The notes below the pieces were generated by a model, which was given only the letters and a program-made list of their open reading frames with translations, did no database searches and had not been told where the DNA came from. From a virus (lineage: Duplodnaviria; Caudoviricetes): DNA of 63,858 nt. Positions 17,467 through 26,842 of the stretch are shown one piece after another; position 1 is the stretch's first letter; every line of letters starts with the position of its first letter. The stretch spans positions 1 to 63,858 of IMG/VR virus record IMGVR_UViG_3300045282_000203. The stretch is one strand, 5' to 3'. The translations under genes and the position numbers were made by a program.

Positions 17467-18027
17467 TTAGTTCTCATCAGTCTGTGGACTCGCGCCGTGA
17501 CTCAGTGCTTGATCGCCCTCACAGAGGACCCGTGCCTGGTGCACGGCGTTGTGCAGCGCGTTGTGGTGGGTGCCCTCACGGGCCACGTCTACCAGAGGGA
17601 GAAAGGCCTTCAGCGTGCGGTAGCACCGATTGTTGTAGAACTTCCACGGCGCCTCGAGACCGAGGCTCTTGTAGGCGCTCGCGAGGATCACGTTGTCGAA
17701 GTCCGAGCCGTTGCCCCAGACCCGCACGTCACCGGAGAACTCTCGGTTGATGAAGCTGTGAAAAGCGTGCAGCGCCTCTCGCAGAGAGACCCGCCTCAGC
17801 TCATCGGTGAGCTCGGCGCGAGCGGCGTCGGACTGCTTCAACCACCACAGCACCGTGCTCATGTCCACGACACCACCCGCAGCGACGCTGCTCTCAAGGC
17901 TGATAGCATGGTAGAACGTGTCGCCGAGCTGGCCGGTCTCCGTGTCGAAGAACACCGCACCAAGCGCAACGATGGCTGCAGTAGGGCTCGTGCCCATGGT
18001 CTCGAGGTCGATCATCAGGTCACGCAT
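17467..18027 (-). CDS. DEDDh 3'-5' exonuclease (Exo VIII N-terminal/DUF5051-like)
   Basis: LMIDLETMG, WGNGSDFDNVIL, RCYRT, HNALHNA. Confidence 0.88.
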   Translation of the reverse strand: MRDLMIDLETMGTSPTAAIVALGAVFFDTETGQLGDTFYHAISLESSVAAGGVVDMSTVLWWLKQSDAARAELTDELRRVSLREALHAFHSFINREFSGDVRVWGNGSDFDNVILASAYKSLGLEAPWKFYNNRCYRTLKAFLPLVDVAREGTHHNALHNAVHQARVLCEGDQALSHGASPQTDEN

Positions 18028-18208
18028 GAGGGTTCTCCTCTTCGAGCTTGTTAAAACCTACACAGTCGGCGATGCCGCGTTGACTGGATTCGTTACAGGT
18101 ATGGGCCGCGAGCATCCTCTCATACCCGCTCTCTTTCATGAGGTCAAACTCACCAACAGAAAACAACTGATCACACCGTCGGCACCTGTAGACCCTGATC
18201 GCTCTCAT
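18020..18208 (-). CDS. Small Zn-finger protein (paralog of 26363-26554)
   Basis: YRCRRC...HTC...GIADCVGFN. Confidence 0.6.
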   Translation of the reverse strand: MRAIRVYRCRRCDQLFSVGEFDLMKESGYERMLAAHTCNESSQRGIADCVGFNKLEEENPHA

Positions 18209-18441
18209 GCGTCACCCTGCTCCTTAAGAAGGTCGCGGTGAGGTTCCTGGAAGCCAGTGGGTTTCTTCCCGTCTCGGAGGACGAGCTTGGGCGCCTCCAC
18301 GAAGTCGCGGAGCTTCTCGTCGATGAAGCGCTGGGCCACCTCGTTCGGCGTGGCACCGTAGATCCCCTGCGCCGAGAGCGAAGTGAGGAGTCGCAGCGAC
18401 TCATGGGAGAGGGCGAGCTTGAGCTCCTTAAGGCTAGGCAT
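18205..18441 (-). CDS. Hypothetical protein (possible ribbon-helix-helix)
   Basis: LKLAL..L..L...GIYGATPNEVAQRFI. Confidence 0.5.
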   Translation of the reverse strand: MPSLKELKLALSHESLRLLTSLSAQGIYGATPNEVAQRFIDEKLRDFVEAPKLVLRDGKKPTGFQEPHRDLLKEQGDA

Positions 18442-18703
18442 CGGTGGCCTCCTTGGGCGGGGCCTTCGGGGAGAAGGTCAGGGTGAAGGGGTGGGTGGTG
18501 TAGCTCACGGCACCGAGCGCGTCGGTGAACCTCAGCATGCGTGAGCGCTCGTAGAGGCAGACGTCACTGACACCCACGAGCACGTGCACCTCACCACTGG
18601 GGAGGTACAGGCAGAGCTTGTCGGGTCGCTGCTGGAAGGTAGAGACGTGGTCCTCAGCGACGTGGTGGATGCTGTGCTTCAGGAGCTCATCAACTTCTCT
18701 CAC
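18434..18703 (-). CDS. Hypothetical protein
   Basis: GGAG RBS, GTG start. Confidence 0.5.
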   Translation of the reverse strand: MREVDELLKHSIHHVAEDHVSTFQQRPDKLCLYLPSGEVHVLVGVSDVCLYERSRMLRFTDALGAVSYTTHPFTLTFSPKAPPKEATDA

Positions 18704-18711
18704 GGCAGCTC

Positions 18712-18897
18712 CTAGTCTCGCACGAAGTCGAGGACCTCACCCGTGGAGAGCATCCCCTCGTAGAGGACAGCGCTCGTGGGTGTGATCATGACAGCGACGT
18801 GAGGGTGGTACTCCTCACAGAGGTGCTGCAGGAGTGGGCGGACGAGCTCCTGGAACCGCTGCTGACGGGCCTCGTGGACTGAGTGTGGTGTGGGCAT
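18712..18897 (-). CDS. Hypothetical protein
   Basis: ATG after AAGGAGG; YHPHVAVMITPTSA motif. Confidence 0.55.
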   Translation of the reverse strand: MPTPHSVHEARQQRFQELVRPLLQHLCEEYHPHVAVMITPTSAVLYEGMLSTGEVLDFVRD

Positions 18898-18908
18898 GAG
18901 CGCCTCCT

Positions 18909-20951
18909 TTAGGTGATCGAGTCGATGTGCTTCGTGGCCTGGGCAGGTGTGGCTCTTGCCCACCTCCCTTCGTTGCGCACGACGAAGTAGCGGTGGACGC
19001 CCCTCTTGGTACGGAGGGTGATCCCATCTCTGAACAGTGGCACCCCACTGCGACGGAGCTCACGGCCGAGACCGTTCGCCGTGGCCGTCCTCCCGCCCGT
19101 GGGGTCGTAGTACCTCAGCAGCTCGTGCGCGGTGAAGAGATCGCCCACCACCGGCACCTTCCCCACCCTCAGCACGCTGCTGGGGTCAGACCGCAGCTGG
19201 GCAACCCACGCACCGAGGTCGGACTTCACGTCACTGATCATGTTCTCCTTCGCCATCGTGGTCAGCGCCTTCGCGTTCGGGTTGAAGTCACCCAGGGGTA
19301 GGCCGAGGAGGTAGTGGAACACCGCGCGAGCGAGCGCCTTCTCCTTGTCGTGCTTCAGAGCCCAGTCATAGCGCTGGTAGAACGCATCGGGGAGTGGGTC
19401 GACCATCACCTCCCAGATGAAAGAGCGCCGGTCATTGTTCTCAATGAAGAAGGCGTCGGGCTGGTTAGAGGTGAAGAGGTAGTTGATGCAGTCTGGGATC
19501 TTGAACTCGGGAACGTACTTGATGTTAATCTTCATCTCAAGCTGGGTAGTCAGCGTCTTGAGGATGTCAGCGTGCTTCCTGCTGTCGCTGCCCGTGATGT
19601 CGTCAGCGAGGATGAACTGCTTGTTCTCGCCCCACGCGGTGAACGAGTTCTCCAGGTCCGTCTGCTTGATCTCGTTGAAGTTCTGCCCATAGATCTGACC
19701 CACCGTGTACCCGATGAGTGACTTGCCGGTGCCCTGCTTGATCCCGTGCAGGAGAACGTTCGTGAACAGCTTCTTCCCCGGGTGCTGGAGTGGGTAGGCC
19801 AACCACCTCAAGAACCACATCTTCTCCGCCGGCGACGTTCCCATGAACACGTGGTCGATCAGCTGGGTGAAGAGGCTGATGTCACCCTTCTTCGGCTCGA
19901 CACCCCACCCCGGCCACGTGTTGAAGGCGCGGGTCTCCGGGATGATCTGGGGTGAACCAGGCACGTAGGTCAACCGGGAGGCCTCGGCCCTGAGTGGCCA
20001 CGCCATCCACCTGCTCGCCACCGGCATCAGCTTCAGGGACACGCTCCCATCGGCCCGGACCTCGCGCTCTGCCGCTGCTATGTTCGAGAAGGCGTGGGAC
20101 GTGAAGTTGTTCGGTGAGACCTTCTGGCTGGTGTCCCGGAGCAGGACGAGCCCCGGGTCGCGGATGTAGAGAGCCCGCTGGTTCATCTCCCAGAGCGGCT
20201 TAGCCAGCGTCAGCGCCTCCGCGTTGTCGTTGATCAGGTCCTTAAGCGCGTCCTTCTTCTTGCTCCGGATGAAGAAGTCGTCGAGCCCGGTCTTCCCACC
20301 GTCAGGGGTGAGGTCAGGGAGCGGCACGAAGTGGGGCTCGGCGCCGCGCTGGTAGAGCTGCTCAGCGAGGGCGTTCATCGCCATGCAGATGTGCTCGTTG
20401 GTCCTGAAGTCAGAGTCATAGATGATGAACACCGAGCGCTTGGTCCACACCACCTCCTCGAGCTCAGGGAGGAAGAGGGTGTTCAGCCGCGTGCTCATGA
20501 AGCTGCGCACACCACCGAGGCCGATGGTGGGGTAGCCCTCCTTGCATGCCTTCGCCGCCTTGAGCTCACCCTCGGTGATGATCAGAGGCTGGGTAGGGTC
20601 ACTCAGCAGCTTGGTCCAGTCGAGGTTCGTGGGGAAGTAGGCGCACACCCCAGAGTCAGGTGGTTGGATGTAGCGGAGTGGCTTCTTCCCACCGGGGACG
20701 GCCTCGCCTCCCTTGAGGTAGCGGAGGCGGTAGAAGGCAGGCCACTTCGGGCGGGGTGTGAGCGGCTTACCCGTGAGTGGATGGAAGTAGTTGATACGGA
20801 GGGAGGGGAGCGCCTTGAAGCAGTCCTCCAGCTTTGCGACCGCTGGTCCCTCTAAGACGTCGAGCCTCAAGATCTTGAGGTCAGCCTCAGCGAGCCCTGA
20901 TGAACGGAGCTTCGCCAGCGCCAGACCACGTGCCTCAGATGAGGTGGCCAT
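18909..20951 (-). CDS. Primase-helicase (DUF3854-type TOPRIM plus P-loop NTPase)
   Basis: LIITEGELKA, IGLGGV, IIYDSD, KTGLDDF; FNTWPG; Walker A QGTGKS; DRR. Confidence 0.88.
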   Translation of the reverse strand: MATSSEARGLALAKLRSSGLAEADLKILRLDVLEGPAVAKLEDCFKALPSLRINYFHPLTGKPLTPRPKWPAFYRLRYLKGGEAVPGGKKPLRYIQPPDSGVCAYFPTNLDWTKLLSDPTQPLIITEGELKAAKACKEGYPTIGLGGVRSFMSTRLNTLFLPELEEVVWTKRSVFIIYDSDFRTNEHICMAMNALAEQLYQRGAEPHFVPLPDLTPDGGKTGLDDFFIRSKKKDALKDLINDNAEALTLAKPLWEMNQRALYIRDPGLVLLRDTSQKVSPNNFTSHAFSNIAAAEREVRADGSVSLKLMPVASRWMAWPLRAEASRLTYVPGSPQIIPETRAFNTWPGWGVEPKKGDISLFTQLIDHVFMGTSPAEKMWFLRWLAYPLQHPGKKLFTNVLLHGIKQGTGKSLIGYTVGQIYGQNFNEIKQTDLENSFTAWGENKQFILADDITGSDSRKHADILKTLTTQLEMKINIKYVPEFKIPDCINYLFTSNQPDAFFIENNDRRSFIWEVMVDPLPDAFYQRYDWALKHDKEKALARAVFHYLLGLPLGDFNPNAKALTTMAKENMISDVKSDLGAWVAQLRSDPSSVLRVGKVPVVGDLFTAHELLRYYDPTGGRTATANGLGRELRRSGVPLFRDGITLRTKRGVHRYFVVRNEGRWARATPAQATKHIDSIT

Positions 20952-20954
20952 TGG

Positions 20955-21338
20955 TTACTCCGCGAGCTTGAGCCGTTTAACCGAGATGAGCTCGACGACG
21001 CCTTCGTTCTCGCGCTCGAGGTTGATGGTCCCCTTCATCGAGAGCTGAGAGCGGAGGGTGGAGACCTTCCAACCCAGCTCCTTGGCCATCGCCTCGATGG
21101 TGCGGACGGTGTAGGGCTCGCCGCCTCGCACTGTGACCTCGAAGAGCTGGCTCTCCCTGAACTTCTTCCAGTGGGCACCCCGGTAGTCACGGAAGCGCTC
21201 GGCGTAGAGAGCGGTGAGTGATGCGATCTCATCGAGCAGCTTCTTGTCCTTGAGCGAAGGACACTGATCGACGAGCTTCAGCATCACCGTCTGGTAGCGC
21301 CTGACGAGAGCGTTCTGCTGGGCCCTGTAACCTGCCAT
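20955..21338 (-). CDS. Putative DNA-binding protein (C-terminal HTH), first gene of the leftward operon
   Basis: TIEAMAKELGWKVSTLRSQLS; GAGG RBS. Confidence 0.6.
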   Translation of the reverse strand: MAGYRAQQNALVRRYQTVMLKLVDQCPSLKDKKLLDEIASLTALYAERFRDYRGAHWKKFRESQLFEVTVRGGEPYTVRTIEAMAKELGWKVSTLRSQLSMKGTINLERENEGVVELISVKRLKLAE

Positions 21339-21413
21339 GGAGACACCTCAGTGGGGTGGGTTGAGAGGAGGGTGCCGGGTGCGCGATGAGTGATGGAGGT
21401 CAGGACGAGGGTC

Positions 21414-21450
21414 AGACTACCATCAATAAAGTCACCTGTACAACTTTATT
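21414..21450 (-). promoter_or_regulatory. Leftward early promoter overlapped by an inverted repeat
   Basis: TTGTAC-N18-TAGTCT with extended TG; AATAAAGT-N10-ACTTTATT palindrome across the -35. Confidence 0.5.
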
Positions 21451-21459
21451 TGCCAGAGT

Positions 21460-22040
21460 GGCACAGCGAGTGGAGGAGGCTGGTGGAGGGGTGGAGAAAG
21501 GCGAGGGAGAGGAGAGGTGCCTAAGTGTTAGACTGGTCTTTTTTGAGGAGTGATGATGGAGAAGAGAAGAGAGGGGTGATGGGTAATGAGGGTGTCTCAC
21601 GAGGTCGCGAAAGAGATACGGGATACCAACGTGGAGATGATGAAGATGATGAAGCCCTGGTGGTGGGCCTGGCCGTGATGACTTTGCACTCTGCGACCCT
21701 GTAACTATGTACTCTGTATCTGCGTGGTGAACTATATATACTAATCATCCCTTTTACATAATACACCTCTCTATCTATTTTTTTCCTTTCTTTTCCTAAA
21801 TATTTATAGAATAAATAAATACAAAGATACAAATATGATTGAGCACCTGTAAGTACAGGCCTTCGGTCAGTATCCGATCGTCGAAAACGATGAGATACAT
21901 GAGATACAACCCGCTGCCCAAAGGTGACCGGAGCCCGATGGGTGCTAGACTTCTCACGTATCTCTTTGTGAGATCAGTTGTTCTAGCGGAGATGGAAGCG
22001 TTCCTCCCAGAGGCCCATATCAGATATACGATTCAACCTA
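21460..22040. other. Putative replication origin / divergent control region
   Basis: Non-coding, strongly purine-skewed stretch, very AT-rich core at ~21730-21840, repeated (A)GATAC motifs; lies between the divergent modules near the primase-helicase. Confidence 0.5.
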
Positions 22041-22062
22041 GCGCGACCATCCCCCGTTTACA

Positions 22063-22878
22063 TTGGTGCTCTCCGTGGCTCAGAACAGCGAAAATAAACC
22101 TAAGCCCAAGGCCAGAGTAGTTGGCCCTGTGGTGAAGCGCGCGAAGAAGCGAAAGAAGAAGCCCGCTGTGAACCTTCGCCACGTCAAGGAGCTCCCGAAG
22201 GACGGCGAGCCTTACGAGTCCAAGCTGAAGCTCAAGCGCAAGCCGGGTCGCCCGAAGAGCACGAAGCCCAAGAAGGCCGGTCCCGGTCGCCCGAAGAAGC
22301 TGATCACGTTGGAAGAGGCGAAGGCGAAGCTCAAGCCGAAGAAGGCACCCTTCGACGCGGAGAAGGCGTTCCAGGAGAACCAGAGGCGCCACGAGTCTCG
22401 GATGAGCCCGCACCCGTCTCAAGAGCGCACCGGTGGTGTGAACAACTCGCGGCCTACGAAAGCGCAGTACGAGAAGTTCTTCAAGGTGCTCGGTGAGTGC
22501 GCCAACGTCTCGCGCGCGTGTGAGCAAGCTTGCATCTCACGTGACCACGTCTACGATGTGAAGCGAGCGGACAAGGAGTTCTCGAAGCGGTGGGATGACG
22601 CCTACGAGCAGGGCTTCTACAAGTTTGAGGAAGAGGCGGCCCGCCGTGCCTTTGAGGGCTATGAGAAGCCGGTCTACCGCAACGGTGTCGTGGTGGACTA
22701 CGTGAAGGAGTACAGCGACACGCTGGTGAACCTCATGCTCAAGGGCCGCATGCGGAAGATCTACGGTGACCGCCAGGAGATCAAGATCGACCGCTCTGGT
22801 GATGCTCCTTACGCGAAGCTCAGCGATGAGCAGCTCGATGACCTCATCAAGAAGCAGCTCGGGGAGGACGACGAGTGA
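22063..22878 (+). CDS. terS: Terminase small subunit (start uncertain) with Lys-rich, AT-hook-like N terminus
   Basis: NVSRACEQACISR..Y..DKEF..W..A, EEAARRAFEG..KPVY, EYSDTL; directly upstream of terL. Confidence 0.8.
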   Translation: MVLSVAQNSENKPKPKARVVGPVVKRAKKRKKKPAVNLRHVKELPKDGEPYESKLKLKRKPGRPKSTKPKKAGPGRPKKLITLEEAKAKLKPKKAPFDAEKAFQENQRRHESRMSPHPSQERTGGVNNSRPTKAQYEKFFKVLGECANVSRACEQACISRDHVYDVKRADKEFSKRWDDAYEQGFYKFEEEAARRAFEGYEKPVYRNGVVVDYVKEYSDTLVNLMLKGRMRKIYGDRQEIKIDRSGDAPYAKLSDEQLDDLIKKQLGEDDE

Positions 22879-24428
22879 CCACCGCTCTCATCTCCACGCT
22901 CTCCTACACGGAGAAGGTCGCCCTGATGAAGGTGATCGAGGAGAAGGCGCGGCGGAGCCTCATCGCCTTCACGAAGTACACGAAGCCTGACTACAAGATG
23001 GGGTGGTTCAACAAGCGGCTCGCTCATGAGATGGACCACTTCCTCGATGACGTGGTGCACGAGCGATCACCTCGGCTGATCATTGAGGCCCCGCCCCGCC
23101 ACGGGAAGAGTGAGCTGGTGTCCAGGCGCTTCCCCGCCTACGCGCTGGGCCGCTACCCTGATCTCTCCTTCATCGGCACGTCGTATGCCAGTGACCTCGC
23201 CTCTCAGATGAACCGCGACGTGCAGCGCGTCATCGACTCCCCGGAGTATGGAGTCCTCTTCCCAGACACGCGGCTGTGGGGCAGCAACATCAGGACGGTG
23301 GCTGATGGCTCTTACCTGCGGAACTCGGACGTCTTCGAGATCGTGGGCCACGCTGGCGTGTACAAGTCAGCGGGCGTCGGCGCTGGCATCACCGGTCGAG
23401 GTGGCCGCGTGCTCCTCATCGACGACCCAGTCAAGGACGCAGCAGAGGCGCACTCTGAGACCGTGCGAAAGGGCATCTGGGAGTGGTTCAGCACCACGCT
23501 CTACACACGCTGCGAGCCCGGTGGTGGTATCGCGGTGATCATGACCCGCTGGCACCTCGATGACCTCGTGGGCAAGCTCCGTGAGAACATGAAGAAGGGC
23601 GGAGAGCAGTGGCGCATCGTGCGGTTCCCCGCTATCGCTGAGGAAGACGAGTTCGATGAGGACGGCACGCTGTACCGCCATGCTGGTGAGTGCTTGCACC
23701 GGGCGCGGTTCGATGAGGCTGCCCTGAAGCGCATCGAGGTGGGCACGGCGGATGAGGTGGGCGTGGGCTCACGCACGTGGGCAGCGCTCTACCAGCAGCG
23801 TCCCGCCGCAGCCGAGGGCAACATCTTCAAGCGCGAGAACTGGCAGTTCATCAAGCCACCCCGCGACCTTGAGCTGATGAGCCACAGCGAACGCGCCGCC
23901 TACTTCCTTCAGCTCGGCATCAGGTACGTGGTGCAGGGGTGGGACACCGCGCTCGGTGGGAAGAAGAAGAATGACTTCACCGCGTGCACCACGCTCGGTG
24001 TGGCGAGGAACCGCTACTACATCATCGACGTGTGGCGGGGCCGTCTCCAGTTCCCCGACGTGCTCAAGCAGGTGGAGCTGCAGTTCGACAAGTGGCGGCC
24101 TACTAGGGTCGTCGTAGAGGGTGGTGGCTCAGCGAGTGGCAAGGCCACGGTGCAGCTGCTCACGCGTCAGACCCGCATCCCCTTCAAGGAGGTGCCCACG
24201 GTGATGGACAAGGTCTTCCGCGCTGACCAGATCAGCCCCACGCAGGAGGCGAAGCTGATCACGATCATCCAGGGCGGCCAGTGGCCGTCGGGGTTCGTCG
24301 ATCAGTGCGCCAACTTCCCAAGCATCAAGATCGACGATGACGTAGACTCCTGGATGATCGCGATGGAAGATGCGATGAAGAGCAGCAAGCGTGAGATCAC
24401 CGACGAACTTCTCGACAGGATAGGGTGA
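22875..24428 (+). CDS. terL: Terminase large subunit
   Basis: PPRHGKSE Walker A, LLIDDPVKD, MTRWHLDDL, YQQRP, WDTA, DDDVD. Confidence 0.95.
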   Translation: MTTALISTLSYTEKVALMKVIEEKARRSLIAFTKYTKPDYKMGWFNKRLAHEMDHFLDDVVHERSPRLIIEAPPRHGKSELVSRRFPAYALGRYPDLSFIGTSYASDLASQMNRDVQRVIDSPEYGVLFPDTRLWGSNIRTVADGSYLRNSDVFEIVGHAGVYKSAGVGAGITGRGGRVLLIDDPVKDAAEAHSETVRKGIWEWFSTTLYTRCEPGGGIAVIMTRWHLDDLVGKLRENMKKGGEQWRIVRFPAIAEEDEFDEDGTLYRHAGECLHRARFDEAALKRIEVGTADEVGVGSRTWAALYQQRPAAAEGNIFKRENWQFIKPPRDLELMSHSERAAYFLQLGIRYVVQGWDTALGGKKKNDFTACTTLGVARNRYYIIDVWRGRLQFPDVLKQVELQFDKWRPTRVVVEGGGSASGKATVQLLTRQTRIPFKEVPTVMDKVFRADQISPTQEAKLITIIQGGQWPSGFVDQCANFPSIKIDDDVDSWMIAMEDAMKSSKREITDELLDRIG

Positions 24429-24431
24429 CGC

Positions 24432-26366
24432 ATGACTCACATGTTTGACTTCATCCGCTCTCGCTTCTGGCCAGTAAAGACGCCTGCGCCTCACGTGAAG
24501 ACGCCTGAGGAGCTCGTGCAGGAGAAGCGTGAGGCGTTCAGGGACAACGTGCGTCGCGCCGTGGAGGTCTACCACACCGAGCTCGGTGCTGGTGGTCTGG
24601 TCTTCCCGCGTTTCCCGTTTGAGCCCTACACCCCGCCCAAGGGCGTAGCCCCGGCTGGCAGTGTCCTAGCGCTGGACGTGGCGTGGCAGAACTTAGCGAG
24701 TGACGCCAACGTGAGCTTCAGCTCGGTGCTCACCACGATGAACGGGATCACCTCTTCCGTGCTCGACGGCATGGGCTTCCCAGGCTTCCCCTTCCTCACC
24801 GAGCTCACGCAGCTGACTGAGTACAGGGACATGTCAGAGCGCACCGCGGCTGAGATGACCCGCAAGTGGATCGAGCTGCGCAGCATCTCCCAGGACGACA
24901 ACAAGGAAGACATCATCGAGATGCTGGAGGGTGAGCTCAAGCGCCACGGCATCCGTCACCTCTTCCGTCAGGCCGCGGTGCTCGATGGCTTCATGGGCCG
25001 CTGCCAGCTGTTCATCAACCTCGGTGAGGTGGCTGGCCAGGAGCTCGAGACGCCTCTGATGCTCAACCCCTTCAAGGTGAAGAAGGGCTCGTTGCGTGGG
25101 TTCAAGCTCGTTGAGCCCATCACCACGTACCCCGCTGAGTACAACTCTAGCAACCCACTCGCCTCCAACTACTACAAGCCGAGCGCGTGGTTCGTGTACG
25201 GGCAGAAAGTGCACGACACGCGACTGCTCAGCTTCGTGTCGAGGCCGCTCCCCGACCTCCTCAAGCCGGTGTACAACTTCTCTGGCATGTCACTCAGCCA
25301 GCTCGCGCAGCCCTACGTGGACTACTGGTTCGGCACGCGGGACAGCGTGGGCAAGCTGCTGAGGAACTTCTCCGTCACCGTGCTGAACACGGACCTCGAC
25401 ATCCTCCTCGCGCCTTCCGGTGATGAGCTGTTGCGTCGCACGAAGATGTTCACCCGGATGAGGGACAACCAGGGCGTGTTCCTGCTGAACAAGCAGACGG
25501 AGAGCCTGGAGCAGCTGAACGTGCCGCTGTCAGGGCTCGCTGACCTGCAGGCCCAGGCCCAGGAGCACATGGCTGCAGTGGCCAAGACACCCTTGGTCAT
25601 CCTGCTCGGCATCACGCCTAAGGGCCTGAACGCCAGCGCTGAGGGCGACATCCGGATCTACTACGACTACGTCGCTGACCAGCAGGACAAGCTCTTCCGG
25701 CAGAACCTGGAGGTGGTGCTTAAGGTCATCATGCTCGACAAGCTCGGTTACGTCGACGAGGACATCACGTTCGACTTCGTGAACCTCTACGAGATGACCG
25801 GCAAGGAGCTCGCGATGATCAGGAAGAGCGACTCTGAGGTCGACGCCACCTACATCGACAAGGGCGTGATCGCGCGTGAGGAGGTCAGGGCCAAGGTCGC
25901 CACCGATCCTCAGTCGGGGTACGACAACCTCGACGTCGATGAGGTGCCACCTGAGCCCGTGGTAGCTGCTCCTGAGAAGGGGAAGAAGCCGGGTGAGACC
26001 GACTCGGTGACCGCTGAGGAGAACAACCCAGGAGCTGCGGACGTAGCCCTGGACGTGATGGCCCACGCAAAGAGACTCGCTCAGGACGGCGGCTTCCGGG
26101 GGAACCAGTTCCTCGGTGGCTACCCCGACAGCGAGTACCCATCCTCGGTGGCGATGCGACTCAGTGGCGCGGCCACAGCCGCCTCTCGCAGCGCGAGGAA
26201 GCTAGGGACAGGGCGCGCGCACGCAGCGGCTCGGTCCGCGCACAGCCGAGCCCTGAAGGCTCACCAACGCGCCCTGTCCCTAGCGCCTGACTCTGACAAG
26301 CATGTGCACGAGGGCTACATCCAGGCTCACAACGTCGCGTGCTTAGCCCACGGAGGTGTGGTGTGA
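24432..26366 (+). CDS. Portal protein (DUF1073-type) with C-terminal His/Ala-rich extension
   Basis: EMTRKWI, YNFSGMSLSQ, LSGLADL, PLVILLGITPKGLNASAEGDIRIYYD, DITFDF. Confidence 0.88.
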   Translation: MTHMFDFIRSRFWPVKTPAPHVKTPEELVQEKREAFRDNVRRAVEVYHTELGAGGLVFPRFPFEPYTPPKGVAPAGSVLALDVAWQNLASDANVSFSSVLTTMNGITSSVLDGMGFPGFPFLTELTQLTEYRDMSERTAAEMTRKWIELRSISQDDNKEDIIEMLEGELKRHGIRHLFRQAAVLDGFMGRCQLFINLGEVAGQELETPLMLNPFKVKKGSLRGFKLVEPITTYPAEYNSSNPLASNYYKPSAWFVYGQKVHDTRLLSFVSRPLPDLLKPVYNFSGMSLSQLAQPYVDYWFGTRDSVGKLLRNFSVTVLNTDLDILLAPSGDELLRRTKMFTRMRDNQGVFLLNKQTESLEQLNVPLSGLADLQAQAQEHMAAVAKTPLVILLGITPKGLNASAEGDIRIYYDYVADQQDKLFRQNLEVVLKVIMLDKLGYVDEDITFDFVNLYEMTGKELAMIRKSDSEVDATYIDKGVIAREEVRAKVATDPQSGYDNLDVDEVPPEPVVAAPEKGKKPGETDSVTAEENNPGAADVALDVMAHAKRLAQDGGFRGNQFLGGYPDSEYPSSVAMRLSGAATAASRSARKLGTGRAHAAARSAHSRALKAHQRALSLAPDSDKHVHEGYIQAHNVACLAHGGVV

Positions 26367-26554
26367 TCATCAGCTTCCTCTACAAGTGCCGGCGCTGTGG
26401 ACAGGCCTATCACCGGGTACTGCCCGAGGGCACTGAGCCACTTCTTGCCCAGATCTCCATTCACGAGTGCGGAGACACCACCGCTGATGGCCACCTCGTT
26501 CGCGGCATGAGCGAGATGATCGGGTTCAACGAGACCAACGAGGAGGACGCATGA
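26363..26554 (+). CDS. Small Zn-finger protein (paralog of 18020-18208)
   Basis: GTG overlaps the portal stop; YKCRRC...HEC...GMSEMIGFN. Confidence 0.6.
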   Translation: MIISFLYKCRRCGQAYHRVLPEGTEPLLAQISIHECGDTTADGHLVRGMSEMIGFNETNEEDA

Positions 26555-26841
26555 AGAGCGTTACGCGAGAAGATCTTGTTGTGCATGACTCCAACCCTGA
26601 GGGCGTCAACCAGTACACCGGTGCCGCGAGTTCAGCTAAAGAGGCGTCTAATAAGGCCGCTCAAGCAAACAGACTTGGAACAAAGGGTTCGAATCAACGA
26701 GCTGCATCAGCTCACACCAAAGCATATCAAGCACATCAAAAGGCGGGAGATTTAGCTCGAACTGATGCCCAATCAGAAAAACATGATGCCGCATCTAGAA
26801 ATCACATGAGTGCTTGGCGCGATCATGATGAGAGAAGCTAA
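26551..26841 (+). CDS. Stand-alone NPEGxNQYTG His/Ala-rich cassette protein
   Basis: [14 protein letters not shown] followed by AxxAHxxA helices; same module occurs twice in the protease. Confidence 0.75.
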   Translation: MKSVTREDLVVHDSNPEGVNQYTGAASSAKEASNKAAQANRLGTKGSNQRAASAHTKAYQAHQKAGDLARTDAQSEKHDAASRNHMSAWRDHDERS

Positions 26842-26842
26842 G

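Noticed and set aside
17211-17480. Other CTGATGAG strings as additional hammerheads
   Set aside because: They fall within coding sequence and lack a matching GAAA and flanking stems.
26685-26700. GGTTCGAATC resembling a tRNA T-loop
   Set aside because: It lies inside a coding region with no cloverleaf stems.
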